Notes: generated by a model from the sequence alone, not told the origin. DNA of 39,539 nucleotides from an uncultured Bacilli bacterium (GCA_944364655.1 CALVWG010000036.1:1-39539); one strand, 5' to 3'; numbered from the stretch's first letter, positions 18,267-28,202 are shown. Program-made: numbers and translations.

Positions 18267-18293
18267 AAAAAAAAAGCCACATAAAAGATGTGG
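18267..18293 (-). terminator. hairpin plus U-run between rpmH and rnpA (attenuator)
   Basis: On the minus strand: CCACAT-CTTTT-ATGTGG followed by 9 T. Plus-strand stems are at 18277-18282 and 18288-18293. Confidence 0.6.
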
Positions 18294-18295
18294 TT

Positions 18296-18418
18296 TTATT
18301 TACATAATTTTTTGCGTCCTTTTTTTCTTCTGTTTTTTAAAATATTTGTTTCTTTACGAGCAAAAAAGCCATGTTTTTTTGCTTTTTTACGTTTATTTGG
18401 TTGATAAGTTCCTACCAT
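18296..18418 (-). CDS. rpmH: 50S ribosomal protein L34 (not in the ORF track; hand-translated)
   Basis: The minus strand reads MVGTYQPNKRKKAKKHGFFARKETNILKNRRKKGRKKLCK*, preceded by GGAGGAAAG. This is the typical L34 sequence and position. Confidence 0.9.
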   Translation of the reverse strand: MVGTYQPNKRKKAKKHGFFARKETNILKNRRKKGRKKLCK

Positions 18419-18449
18419 AGTTCTTTCCTCCTTTTTCTAAAGCTCTCTT

Positions 18450-18479
18450 ATTATAATATTAAAATTGTAAAAAAGTCAA
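18450..18479 (-). promoter_or_regulatory. candidate rpmH promoter
   Basis: On the minus strand: TTGACT (18479-18474), an 18-nt spacer, then TATAAT (18455-18450). Confidence 0.55.
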
Positions 18480-18503
18480 TAATTACTGGCTAATTAAGTG
18501 CAT

Positions 18504-18702
18504 TGTTGATAATTAATAACATTTCTAATAGCTTTATTTTTAATATTTATCGTAAAAAAAATTATTTATCAACTTATACACAGAATGTTAATAACTTTTA
18601 TTAACTTTATAAACTTGTTAACAAGTTAAAATTTATTTCAATGTGGATAATGTGGATAACTGCTTTTAAATATTATTAATAAAGAAATAATTTTGTTGAT
18701 AA
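18504..18702. other. oriC, upstream DnaA-box cluster (rpmH-dnaA spacer)
   Basis: Two abutting perfect boxes TGTGGATAA are at 18642-18650 and 18651-18659. One-mismatch boxes are TGTTGATAA (18504-18512 and 18694-18702) and TTATACACA (18574-18582). Confidence 0.85.
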
Positions 18703-18796
18703 GTTGTTAATAGTATGTTAGTATACATTTTAGACTTTTAAATTTATTGAAAAAAGTGTAGAATAATGTTAGTTATTGTTAAAGCGGGGTGGTTTC

Positions 18797-20200
18797 ATGG
18801 GCGAAAAAGATCTTTGGCAATCGGTTTTAGATGAAATATATCCAGAAGTTAATACAGCTTCTTTTCATGCTTGGTTTAATGACTTAAAACTAATAAAAAT
18901 AGAGAATAATAAAGTGTATATTCAAGTGCCTATGGAAATACATAAGCGAATTTTAACGCAAAACTATTATACTTTAATAGATGATGCTTTTTATAAAGTT
19001 ACTAATCACAATTATGAATTCGAATTTTTATTAAAAGAGGAAATTGATTCAAAAATTAAAGTTTATAATTTAGAACAAAATGTGGATAATGTTAATAATG
19101 TGGATAACTCTTTAAATTCGACTAAACCAAAAGTGGAAAAAGAAGATGAAAAATGGGAATCAAATTTAATTCCAGAGTTAAATTTTGATAATTATGTAGT
19201 GGGGGATTCTAATAGGCTGGCTAAGACGGCTGGAATGATTGTTGCTGAACAGCCTGGTAAAGTGCATAATCCTTTATTTATATATGGAAAAAGTGGTTTA
19301 GGTAAAACTCATTTAATGCACGCGATAGGAAATTACATTGTTAATAACTCACATAAAAAGGTTTTGTATACAACTAGTGAAATGTTTAAAGATGATTATA
19401 TTAACATTATTAATACAGAAAATAAGGGAAATAATATTCAGGTAGCGGCTGACTTTAAGAAAAAATATCGAGAAGTTGATGTTTTAATTATTGACGATAT
19501 TCAATATTTAGTCGGAGCCGAGAAAACACAGCAAGAATTCTTTCATACGTTTAATGCTTTACATCAAGCAAATAAGCAAATAATTATTAGTTCTGATCGC
19601 AGTCCTGATGATTTAAAATTACTTGAAGAAAGACTTAGAAGTCGATTTATGTGGGGATTACCTGTTGATATTTATCCACCTGATTTTGAACTTCGATGTA
19701 AAATAATTAAATCCAAAATAAAAAATACGTCTATTGCTAATAAAATTGACGAAAATGTTATTGAATATATTGCTAATAATTGTCAAAATGATGTTAGATT
19801 TCTAGAAGGGGCAATTAATAGGCTTATGGCCTATACTGCGATGATTGTACCTGATGTAATTGATTTAAACTTTGCTATAGAAGCTTTAGCTGATTTTGTA
19901 AATCATAATATTTATAGTAAAAGTAGTATTGAGAGTATTCAAAAAGCTGTAGCAGATTATTACAAGATTACTATTGATGATTTAAAAGGAAAAAAGAGAA
20001 GTGCTAATATAGCTTATCCTAGACAAATAGCTATGTATTTATCAAGAACATTAACAGAAGAAAATTTAAATAGAATAGGGTTAGAATTTGGAGGAAGAGA
20101 TCATTCAACAGTTATTCACGCATGTGATAAAATAACAAGTGATTTAAAAAACAATCCAGCTTTAGAACAACAGCTTAAGGAAATTCAAAATAAAATGTAA
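18797..20200 (+). CDS. dnaA: chromosomal replication initiator protein DnaA
   Basis: Walker A GKSGLGKTHL, box VII/sensor motifs, and the C-terminal DNA-binding domain (..IAYPRQIAMYLSR..GGRDHSTVIHA). I prefer the ATG at 18797, behind GGGGTGG, over the TTG at 18776. Confidence 0.96.
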   Translation: MGEKDLWQSVLDEIYPEVNTASFHAWFNDLKLIKIENNKVYIQVPMEIHKRILTQNYYTLIDDAFYKVTNHNYEFEFLLKEEIDSKIKVYNLEQNVDNVNNVDNSLNSTKPKVEKEDEKWESNLIPELNFDNYVVGDSNRLAKTAGMIVAEQPGKVHNPLFIYGKSGLGKTHLMHAIGNYIVNNSHKKVLYTTSEMFKDDYINIINTENKGNNIQVAADFKKKYREVDVLIIDDIQYLVGAEKTQQEFFHTFNALHQANKQIIISSDRSPDDLKLLEERLRSRFMWGLPVDIYPPDFELRCKIIKSKIKNTSIANKIDENVIEYIANNCQNDVRFLEGAINRLMAYTAMIVPDVIDLNFAIEALADFVNHNIYSKSSIESIQKAVADYYKITIDDLKGKKRSANIAYPRQIAMYLSRTLTEENLNRIGLEFGGRDHSTVIHACDKITSDLKNNPALEQQLKEIQNKM

Positions 20201-20340
20201 TGTTGATAATTATTTTAATTGTGCATACTTATTAACTTAAAAATTGGTCTTTAAAGCCTTTAGTATAAGCATTTTTAAAGAGTTATCCACATTATCCACC
20301 GTATTAATAATATAAATATATAAATTATAATAAGAAAGAG
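20201..20340. other. oriC, downstream DnaA-box cluster plus AT-rich unwinding region (dnaA-dnaN spacer)
   Basis: TGTTGATAA at 20201-20209, then abutting TTATCCACA (20283-20291) and TTATCCACC (20292-20300). An almost pure A/T stretch follows directly at 20301-20334. Confidence 0.8.
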
Positions 20341-20348
20341 GGAAAAAA

Positions 20349-21467
20349 ATGAAATTTGCAATTGAAAAAAGTATATTATTAGAAAATTTAAATAATGTTA
20401 TAAGAGGAATATCAACAAAAAATGTTATACCTGTATTAAATGGTATAAAATTTGAATTAAAAGATGAAGGTTTAACATTAATTGCTAGTGATAGTGAATT
20501 AACTATTGAATCTTTTATTGAAAGTAAATATATTAAAAATATAGAAAGTACTGGAACAATAATTATTAGTAGTAAGTATATACTAGATATAATAAGAAAA
20601 ATGCCTAGTGATATTATAAATTTTGAAATGATGGATAGTTTAAAAATTAAAATTTATTCTGATTTTAATCAATATAATTTAAATTGTTTAGATCCAAGTG
20701 AATATCCTGCAATAAAGTTGATAAGTCATAAAGATCCTATAATTATAAAAGCTAATGTTTTAAAAGAGTTGATAAACCAAACTTCTTTTGCAATATCTAC
20801 TCAAGAGTTAAGACCAATATTAACTGGTATTAATATGAAAATAAATGGTGATTTGTTTGAAGTTATTGCAACAGACTCTTATCGTTTAGCTAAAAAAAAT
20901 ATAAAATTGGATAATACTGTGGATAACGATGTTAACATTGTTATTCCTGGAAAAAATATTATTGAATTAGAGCATATTTTAGTTGATGATGAAGATGTTT
21001 ATATGAATGTCTTTAATAATAGAGTATTATTTCAATATAAAAATTTGAAATTTCAAACAAATATTTTATCTGGAAGTTATCCAAATACTTCAAACTTGAT
21101 TCCAACCGAATTTGAAATAATAGTTCAAACTAAAAAAAGTGAATTTATGGGAGCAGTTGATAGAGCAGCATTACTTACTCAAGGAAAAGATAAAAATATT
21201 ATTAAAATGAAAATAGAAAATAAAGAAATGATTATTAATTCCTATGCTTCTGAAATAGGTAAAACAGAAGAAAAATTGATGATTGATACTGATGAAAAAT
21301 CAAATATTGATATATCTTTTAGTGCTCGTTATATGATGGATGCATTAAAAACGATTAAAGACGATGATATTTTAATTTTATTAAATAATGATGTTAAACC
21401 TATTGTTATTAAATCTTTAACTGATGAAAGTTTAATTCAACTTATTTTACCTATTAAAACTTATTAA
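20349..21467 (+). CDS. dnaN: DNA polymerase III beta sliding clamp
   Basis: 372 aa with three-domain clamp length, motifs ..ATDSYRLA.. and ..GSYPN.., and the conserved position after dnaA. Confidence 0.95.
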   Translation: MKFAIEKSILLENLNNVIRGISTKNVIPVLNGIKFELKDEGLTLIASDSELTIESFIESKYIKNIESTGTIIISSKYILDIIRKMPSDIINFEMMDSLKIKIYSDFNQYNLNCLDPSEYPAIKLISHKDPIIIKANVLKELINQTSFAISTQELRPILTGINMKINGDLFEVIATDSYRLAKKNIKLDNTVDNDVNIVIPGKNIIELEHILVDDEDVYMNVFNNRVLFQYKNLKFQTNILSGSYPNTSNLIPTEFEIIVQTKKSEFMGAVDRAALLTQGKDKNIIKMKIENKEMIINSYASEIGKTEEKLMIDTDEKSNIDISFSARYMMDALKTIKDDDILILLNNDVKPIVIKSLTDESLIQLILPIKTY

Positions 21468-21468
21468 A

Positions 21469-21492
21469 AATGTGTAAATTGCACATTTTTTT
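21469..21492 (+). terminator. rho-independent terminator after dnaN
   Basis: AATGTG (21469-21474) / CACATT (21482-21487) with a 7-nt loop and a T-run running to 21492. Confidence 0.55.
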
Positions 21493-21567
21493 GTTTGTTC
21501 GACATATTTTTTCTATTTTATATGATAGCCTAAATGCAATTTTCATATGAAATGGGGGAAATTTGTT

Positions 21568-22029
21568 ATGGAAACACAATATGAAATTAATGAAGAAACG
21601 ATGGCTATTTTAACTATTGATAATAATAGTTCAGAAGTATTTGAAGTTAATAACCATTATATTATATCTAAGGCTTCAAATAAGATAATGGAAGATAGTT
21701 GTCGATATTTTGGAAGTTCTTTAGATGGACGACGAAAAGGTACTGAATATATGATAGGCATTTCTTATAAACCTCCTATTATAGTAGAAGAAAGTAAAGA
21801 ATTAATTTTTTTTCCTACTTCTAATTCAAGAGAGAATAGTAATTGGATAGGTTTAAAATATATAAAATCATATTATAGAGAAGGAGAAAATTTGTTTTTA
21901 AAATTTCAAAATGATGTTAAAGTACAGCTTAATATATCATATGGTATTTTAGATAATCAGGTTTTAAGAGCTACTAGGTTAGAAAGTGCTTTAAGAGGAA
22001 GGAAAATAGCAAAAAAAACTATAAAATAG
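21568..22029 (+). CDS. comK: ComK-family competence transcription factor
   Basis: EDSCRYFGSSLDGRRKGT, YKPPIIVEESKELIFFPTSNS and ISYGILDNQVLRATRL align with B. subtilis ComK blocks (DRSCRFFGSSYAGRKAGT, HKPPIMVDPSNQIFLFPTLSS, ISYNSFENQVYRTAWL). The ATG at 21568 sits 7 nt after GGGGGAA. Confidence 0.85.
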   Translation: METQYEINEETMAILTIDNNSSEVFEVNNHYIISKASNKIMEDSCRYFGSSLDGRRKGTEYMIGISYKPPIIVEESKELIFFPTSNSRENSNWIGLKYIKSYYREGENLFLKFQNDVKVQLNISYGILDNQVLRATRLESALRGRKIAKKTIK

Positions 22030-22051
22030 TCAAATTTTATGATATAATGTT

Positions 22052-22087
22052 TATAGGTATAGGAGTATTAGTATACCTATATTTTTT
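22052..22087 (+). terminator. rho-independent terminator after comK
   Basis: 10-bp stem TATAGGTATA (22052-22061) / TATACCTATA (22072-22081), followed by TTTTTT. Confidence 0.7.
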
Positions 22088-22115
22088 CTATAAATAAAAA
22101 TTAAGGGGCAATTTT

Positions 22116-23222
22116 ATGAGAATTGATGTTTTAAAGTTATATAATTTTCGAAATTATAGACAATTAACTATTTCTTTTCATCCACAACTTAATATTATTT
22201 ATGGAAAGAATGGTTCAGGAAAAACAAATTTAGTAGAAGCAATTTATGTTTTAGCTTTATCAAGGAGTTTTCGATTAGTAGGAGATAAAACGTTAATAAT
22301 GGATGATTTTTCTAAATGCATTATTGAAGGAAAAATTGTGGATAACTATGTTAATTATTATCAGATAATCTTAACAAAAGATGGTAAAAAGGTATCTATT
22401 GATCACAACAAAGTTGCTAAATTATCTGATTATATATCTAAAATTCCAATAATTTTATTTCATCCTGACGATTTAAGATTTATTAAAGATACTCCAAGTA
22501 CCAGACGAAAAACAATAAATATTTCTATTTCAGAATTAGATATTAATTATCTTAAATATTTAAACAATTATAATAAACTATTAAAACAGCGCAATGCTTA
22601 TTTAAAGCAAATGTTTATAAATGGTAATAGTGAAAGTGATTATTTAGATATTTTAACAGATAAGCTAATTAAATATGGCATTTTAATTAATGAAAAAAGG
22701 GCTGAATTTGTAAATCTAATTAATTCTTTTATTGATGATTTTTACACTAAAATATCTGGTATAGAAAAATTAGAAATTAATTATATTTCTTCTTTTAATG
22801 GTTTAAATAAAGATCAAATTGTTGATTTATATAAAAAATCATTAGCAAAAGATTTAAATTTTGGTAAAACAAATATTGGTGTTCATATGGATGATTTAAA
22901 ATTTTTATTGCAAAATAAAGATTTAAGAGATTATGGGAGTGAAGGCCAACAAAAAAACGCTATTATAGCGTATAAGTTTAGTGAAATAGAAATATTTAAA
23001 AAATTAAAAGGTTGTTATCCAATTTTAATTTTAGATGATTTATTTAGTGAATTAGATAGTGATAAGATTAAAAATATTTTATTTTTATTAAAAAAGGATG
23101 TTCAAACTTTTATAACAACAACGGAAGTTGATAAGTTTAAGCTTTTGGATAAATTAGCTTATAAACAAATAAGAATTCAAGATGGTGAAGTAGTAGAGGA
23201 GAGTGAATATGAAAGAAGATAA
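22116..23222 (+). CDS. recF: DNA replication and repair protein RecF
   Basis: N-terminal Walker [15 protein letters not shown], the signature GSEGQQKN and Walker B ILILDD. Confidence 0.95.
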   Translation: MRIDVLKLYNFRNYRQLTISFHPQLNIIYGKNGSGKTNLVEAIYVLALSRSFRLVGDKTLIMDDFSKCIIEGKIVDNYVNYYQIILTKDGKKVSIDHNKVAKLSDYISKIPIILFHPDDLRFIKDTPSTRRKTINISISELDINYLKYLNNYNKLLKQRNAYLKQMFINGNSESDYLDILTDKLIKYGILINEKRAEFVNLINSFIDDFYTKISGIEKLEINYISSFNGLNKDQIVDLYKKSLAKDLNFGKTNIGVHMDDLKFLLQNKDLRDYGSEGQQKNAIIAYKFSEIEIFKKLKGCYPILILDDLFSELDSDKIKNILFLLKKDVQTFITTTEVDKFKLLDKLAYKQIRIQDGEVVEESEYERR

Positions 23223-25122
23223 TAATTATGGAGATAGTGCTATTCAAGTTTTGGAAGGCTTAGAAGCAGTTAGAAAACGTCCAGGAATGTACATAGGTAA
23301 TACTAACGAAGCCGGATTACATCATTTAGTATGGGAAATTGTTGATAATGCTGTTGATGAAGCTTTGGCTGGTTATTGTGATGATATCGAAGTAGAAATT
23401 GAAAAAGGAAATGCTATTACTGTTAAAGATGATGGTCGTGGTATGCCAACTGGTATGAATAGTAAAACTGGTTTATCAACAATTGAAACAATCTTTACAG
23501 TGTTACATGCTGGTGGTAAATTTGGTGGCGGCGGATACAAGGTCAGTGGTGGCTTACATGGTGTAGGTGCTAGTGTTGTTAATGCTTTATCTGATTGGTT
23601 AGAAGTAAGAGTTTATCGTGATGGTAAAGTTTATTTTCAACGTTTTGAAAATGGTGGACATCCTGTAGAACCTTTAAAGGTAATTGATAAATGTAGTGAA
23701 GATAGAACTGGTACAACCGTTACTTTCCATGCTGACCCAACAATGTTTGAAACAACTATTTATAATTGGGATATTTTATATAAAAGATTGCAAGAAATGG
23801 CTTTTTTAAATAAAGGAATTAGAATTACTTTAATTGATCATCGTGAAGATGAAAAGAAAGTTATTTTTCATTATAATGGCGGTATTATTGAATATGTTCA
23901 AATGCTTAACAAAAATAAACAACCTTTATTTGATGATGTTGTTTATGTTGAAGGAAAAGAAAATGATGTTTTGATAGAAGTAGCTATGCAATATAATGAT
24001 AGCTATAATTCAGCAATTTATTCTTTTACCAATAATATTCACACTACTGAAGGTGGAACTCATGAAGATGGGGTAAAACAAGCTTTAACAAGAGTTATTA
24101 ATAATTATGCTAAACAAAATAAACTTTTAAAAGATAATGATGATAGTTTGACAGGTGATGATGTAAGAGAAGGAATTGTTATGATTGTTTCTTGTAAGCA
24201 TCCAAATCCTCAATTTGAAGGACAAACTAAGACAAAATTAGGTAATAGTGAAGTTAAAAAGATTGCTAGTGATGTTTTTGGAAATGGTTTAGAACGTTTT
24301 TTAATGGAAAATCCAGATGCTGCAAGAGCAATTGTTGAAAAATGTATGACTGCTTCTAGAGCTCGTTTAGCAGCTAAAAAAGCTCGTGAATTAACCAGAC
24401 GAAAAGGGGATTTAGATATTACTAATTTTTATGGAAAGTTATCAGATTGTAAGAGCAAAGACCCTTCTGAATGTGAAATTTTTTTAGTCGAGGGTGATTC
24501 AGCTGGTGGATCTGCTAAAAAAGGCAGAAATAGTATGACTCAAGCTATATTACCTTTACGTGGTAAAATTTTAAACGTTGAAAAAGCTCGTTTGGATCGT
24601 GCTTTATCTAATGAAGAAATTAGAACGATTATTACTGCTTTTGGTACTGGTATAGGCGATGATTTTGATTTATCTAAGCTTCGTTATAATAAAATCATTA
24701 TTATGACTGATGCAGATGTTGATGGTGCTCATATTAGAGTTTTGTTATTAACACTGTTTTACCGCTTTTTTAAACCAATTGTTGAAGCTGGACATGTTTA
24801 TGCAGCTCAACCACCTTTGTTTAGTATAAAGCATGGTAAAAACATAAAATATGTTTTAACAGAGGAAGAAAAAAATGATTATATTTCAAAATTACCATCT
24901 AATACTAAATATGAGATAGCTAGAATGAAGGGGTTAGGCGAAATGGACGCTGATGAACTTTATGAAACTACAATGGATATCGAAAAAAGAATATTAAGAC
25001 AAATAACAGTTGATGATACAATAGCAGCTGATGAGATTTTTTCTACTTTAATGGGTGAAGAAGTTGAACCTCGTCGAAAGTTTATTGAGGAAAATGCTCA
25101 GTATGCTGATTTGGATATTTAG
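23209..25122 (+). CDS. gyrB: DNA gyrase subunit B
   Basis: [14 protein letters not shown], the GHKL ATPase motifs, Toprim [12 protein letters not shown] and [10 protein letters not shown]. The ATG at 23209 lies behind GAGGAGAG; the ORF track starts at the GTG at 23203. Confidence 0.97.
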   Translation: MKEDNNYGDSAIQVLEGLEAVRKRPGMYIGNTNEAGLHHLVWEIVDNAVDEALAGYCDDIEVEIEKGNAITVKDDGRGMPTGMNSKTGLSTIETIFTVLHAGGKFGGGGYKVSGGLHGVGASVVNALSDWLEVRVYRDGKVYFQRFENGGHPVEPLKVIDKCSEDRTGTTVTFHADPTMFETTIYNWDILYKRLQEMAFLNKGIRITLIDHREDEKKVIFHYNGGIIEYVQMLNKNKQPLFDDVVYVEGKENDVLIEVAMQYNDSYNSAIYSFTNNIHTTEGGTHEDGVKQALTRVINNYAKQNKLLKDNDDSLTGDDVREGIVMIVSCKHPNPQFEGQTKTKLGNSEVKKIASDVFGNGLERFLMENPDAARAIVEKCMTASRARLAAKKARELTRRKGDLDITNFYGKLSDCKSKDPSECEIFLVEGDSAGGSAKKGRNSMTQAILPLRGKILNVEKARLDRALSNEEIRTIITAFGTGIGDDFDLSKLRYNKIIIMTDADVDGAHIRVLLLTLFYRFFKPIVEAGHVYAAQPPLFSIKHGKNIKYVLTEEEKNDYISKLPSNTKYEIARMKGLGEMDADELYETTMDIEKRILRQITVDDTIAADEIFSTLMGEEVEPRRKFIEENAQYADLDI

Positions 25123-25132
25123 GAGGTAAATG

Positions 25133-27565
25133 ATGGATAAGTTAGAAAAAAATAATATTGTAACAGAAGTTAGTAAATCATTTGTTGATTATTCCGTTAG
25201 TGTAATTACATCTCGGGCATTACCTGATTTAAGAGATGGTTTAAAACCTGTTCATAGAAGAATTTTATATTCTATGTATCAATCAGGATATACATCAGAC
25301 AAGCAACATAAAAAATGTGCTCGTATTGTCGGTGATGTTATGGGAAAATTTCACCCTCATGGTGATTCATCAATTTATGATGCTTTAGTAAGAATGGCTC
25401 AAGATTTTAGTTATCGTTATCCTTTAATTGACGGTCATGGAAATTTTGGTAACATGGATGGTGATGGTGCCGCTGCAATGCGTTATACTGAGTCACGTTT
25501 AGCTAAAATTTCAAATGAATTATTAAGAGATATTAATAAAAATACAGTAGATATGACACCAAATTTCGATGAATTGGAGGTTGAACCAGTAGTTCTTCCT
25601 AGTCGTTTTCCAAATATTTTAGTTAATGGAACTATGGGTATTGCTGTTGGTATGGCAACTAATATACCACCACATAATTTAGGAGAAGTTATAGATGGTT
25701 GTGTTGCTTATATAGATAATCCAGAAATTGATACTGTTGGTTTAATGCAATACATTAAAGGTCCAGATTTTCCAACAGGCGCAACAATTTTAGGTAATAG
25801 TGGTATTAAAAAGGCGTATGAAACAGGACGAGGAACTATTACTATTAGAAGTAAGGCTTCTATTGAAGAAAAGAATGGAAGGTATCAAATTGTATTTAAT
25901 GAAGTTCCATATGGTGTTAATACTTTGGAATTAAAAAATAAAGTTGCTGAATTAGTTCATAATAAAATAATTGAAGGAATTTCAGATTATCATTCTGATT
26001 TAAAAGATGGTATAAAAATTACAATTACTTTAAAAAGAGATGCTAATCCACAAGTTGTATTGAATAATCTTTATAAACATACATCATTTCAAACAACTTT
26101 TGGAATTATATTGTTAATGATAGATCAAGGTGTTCCAAAAACACTTGGTTTAAAGGATATTATTAGTAAATATATTGATTTTCAAAAGGAAGTTATAATT
26201 CGAAGAACAAAATTTGATTTGGAAAAAGCTGAGGCTAGAGTTCACATTTTACAAGGTTTAAAGATAGCTTTGGATCATATAGATGAAGTTATTAAAATTA
26301 TTAAGGAAAGTAAAACTGATGTTCAAGCTAAGGAAACTTTAATTAATCGTTTTGGATTAACTGAAATTCAATGTGACGCTATTTTAGAAATGAAGTTAAG
26401 ACGTTTAACAGGATTAGAAAAGGAAAAAATCGAATCTGAATTAAATGAATTATTGAAAAAAATAGAAGAATTAAAATCAATATTAGCTAGTGATGAGAAA
26501 GTTTTAAGTATTATTCGTACTGAATTATTGGAAATTAAAGATAAATATGCAGATGAACGTCGAACAGATATTGATATGACTGCTATTGAATATATTGAGG
26601 ATGAATCTTTAATTCCAGAAGAAGATGTTATGGTAGCATTAACTAATAAGGGTTATATAAAAAGAACAACGACAGACACCTTTAAAGCTCAAAATAGAGG
26701 CGGTGTAGGTGTAAAAGGAATGGCTACTAATGATGAGGATTTTGTTGAACACTTAATTAACTTATCAACTCATGATTATGTCTTATTTTTCACAAATAAA
26801 GGCAAAGTTTATCGTTTAAAAGGATATGAAATACCAGAATTTAGTAGACAATCTAAAGGTATTCCAGTTATTAACCTTTTACAAATAGATAAAGATGAAT
26901 CAATTAATTCTATTATACGTATAGATAAAGATAACAAATTTAAGTATTTACTTTTTGCAACTAAGAAGGGTATTATTAAGAAAACATCAATTGAGGAATT
27001 TGATAATATTAGAACAAATGGTAAAATTTGTATTACATTGCGTGAAAATGACGAATTGATCGGAGTTAGAAAAACTACTGGTAATGATATGATAATTCTT
27101 GGTTCTAGCGCTGGTAGAATGGTTAAGTTTAATGAAAATGAAATTCGTGTTATGGGTAGAACCGCAAGTGGTGTAAAGGGCATTAATTTAAATGATAACA
27201 ATTGTATTGGTGTTGAAATTGCTAATGATGATGATAAAATTTTGATTGTAACTGAAAAGGGTTATGGTAAGCAAACAAACGTTCGAGAATATCGCCAAAC
27301 CAGCCGTGGAAGTAAAGGAGTGAAAGCCTTAAATATAACTGATAAAAACGGAAGTATTGCTGCATTTAAATTGGTTGGTAATGACAATGATGTTGTTATT
27401 ATTACTAATACTGGTATGATTATTAGATTACCTTTAGATCAAGTTTCAACTCTAGGCAGAGTTACACAAGGTGTTAGATTAATACATTTGAAAGATGGTC
27501 AATTTGTTGCAACCATAAGTATTGTTGATCATGAAACGAAGGAAGATAATATTAGTGAAGAATAA
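25133..27565 (+). CDS. gyrA: DNA gyrase subunit A
   Basis: [12 protein letters not shown], the QRDR-like [17 protein letters not shown], the catalytic-Tyr region AAMRYTE and a C-terminal beta-pinwheel. The start is the ATG at 25130 or 25133; AGGAGG spacing favours 25133. Confidence 0.97.
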   Translation: MDKLEKNNIVTEVSKSFVDYSVSVITSRALPDLRDGLKPVHRRILYSMYQSGYTSDKQHKKCARIVGDVMGKFHPHGDSSIYDALVRMAQDFSYRYPLIDGHGNFGNMDGDGAAAMRYTESRLAKISNELLRDINKNTVDMTPNFDELEVEPVVLPSRFPNILVNGTMGIAVGMATNIPPHNLGEVIDGCVAYIDNPEIDTVGLMQYIKGPDFPTGATILGNSGIKKAYETGRGTITIRSKASIEEKNGRYQIVFNEVPYGVNTLELKNKVAELVHNKIIEGISDYHSDLKDGIKITITLKRDANPQVVLNNLYKHTSFQTTFGIILLMIDQGVPKTLGLKDIISKYIDFQKEVIIRRTKFDLEKAEARVHILQGLKIALDHIDEVIKIIKESKTDVQAKETLINRFGLTEIQCDAILEMKLRRLTGLEKEKIESELNELLKKIEELKSILASDEKVLSIIRTELLEIKDKYADERRTDIDMTAIEYIEDESLIPEEDVMVALTNKGYIKRTTTDTFKAQNRGGVGVKGMATNDEDFVEHLINLSTHDYVLFFTNKGKVYRLKGYEIPEFSRQSKGIPVINLLQIDKDESINSIIRIDKDNKFKYLLFATKKGIIKKTSIEEFDNIRTNGKICITLRENDELIGVRKTTGNDMIILGSSAGRMVKFNENEIRVMGRTASGVKGINLNDNNCIGVEIANDDDKILIVTEKGYGKQTNVREYRQTSRGSKGVKALNITDKNGSIAAFKLVGNDNDVVIITNTGMIIRLPLDQVSTLGRVTQGVRLIHLKDGQFVATISIVDHETKEDNISEE

Positions 27566-27582
27566 TATTATCTTTTTTTATA

Positions 27583-27598
27583 TGTTCCACGTGGAACA
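27583..27598. promoter_or_regulatory. parS site 1
   Basis: TGTTCCACGTGGAACA. The palindrome extends to 24 bp (27579-27602). Confidence 0.8.
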
Positions 27599-27621
27599 TA
27601 TAAAAAATGTTTATAACTTAA

Positions 27622-27637
27622 TGTTTCACGTGAAACA
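27622..27637. promoter_or_regulatory. parS site 2
   Basis: TGTTTCACGTGAAACA, a perfect 16-bp palindrome. Confidence 0.8.
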
Positions 27638-27749
27638 TATAAAATACGATTATATTAATATATAATAAATTAAATTATTTTTAAAATCATTTTATAAATC
27701 ATCAATTTTTACTAATCAAAGCATTTTTAAAAATTAAATGTTTATAACA

Positions 27750-27765
27750 ATGTTCCACGTGGAAC
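27750..27765. promoter_or_regulatory. parS site 3
   Basis: TGTTCCACGTGGAACA. Confidence 0.8.
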
Positions 27766-27896
27766 ATAAATAATCAAATTAGAAAATAATTTAATATAAT
27801 TTTAATATTAAATACTTATTTATTTTAAATTCTATATATTTTTTAAAATTATTTTTATTTTAGTTTATAAATAATAAATAATAAGTGGATAACCAA

Positions 27897-27912
27897 TGTT
27901 CCACGTGGAACA
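27897..27912. promoter_or_regulatory. parS site 4
   Basis: TGTTCCACGTGGAACA. The palindrome extends to 28 bp (27891-27918), and AGTGGATAAC lies immediately upstream. Confidence 0.8.
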
Positions 27913-28015
27913 TTGGTTTTTATATGTATAAAATTATATTGAATATTAAAGTAATAATTAAAAAAAAAATTATTTATAATATAATTTATAATAAATTTTT
28001 AAAAGTTAACAACTA

Positions 28016-28031
28016 TGTTTCACGTGAAACG
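28016..28031. promoter_or_regulatory. parS site 5 (one mismatch)
   Basis: TGTTTCACGTGAAACG. Confidence 0.7.
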
Positions 28032-28186
28032 TTAAGTTATTTAAAAAATATAATATTTTAGTTAATAAAATAAATAAGTATGTAATTTTCAAAAAAATAA
28101 AAAATTTTAATTGTAGTTTAATATTAAATTTTGAATTTTATTTAATATTTATTTAATATTTGGCTTTTTTATTAGTGGATAACTAA

Positions 28187-28202
28187 TGTTCCACGTGGAA
28201 CA
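28187..28202. promoter_or_regulatory. parS site 6
   Basis: TGTTCCACGTGGAACA, with AGTGGATAAC immediately upstream. Confidence 0.8.

Noticed and set aside
18163-18420. 85-aa plus-strand ORF across the rnpA-rpmH region
   Set aside because: It is antisense to rnpA and to the hand-translated rpmH (L34), which is the real gene here.
26809-27201. 130-aa ORF antisense to gyrA
   Set aside because: Shadow ORF inside the gyrA C-terminal domain coding region.
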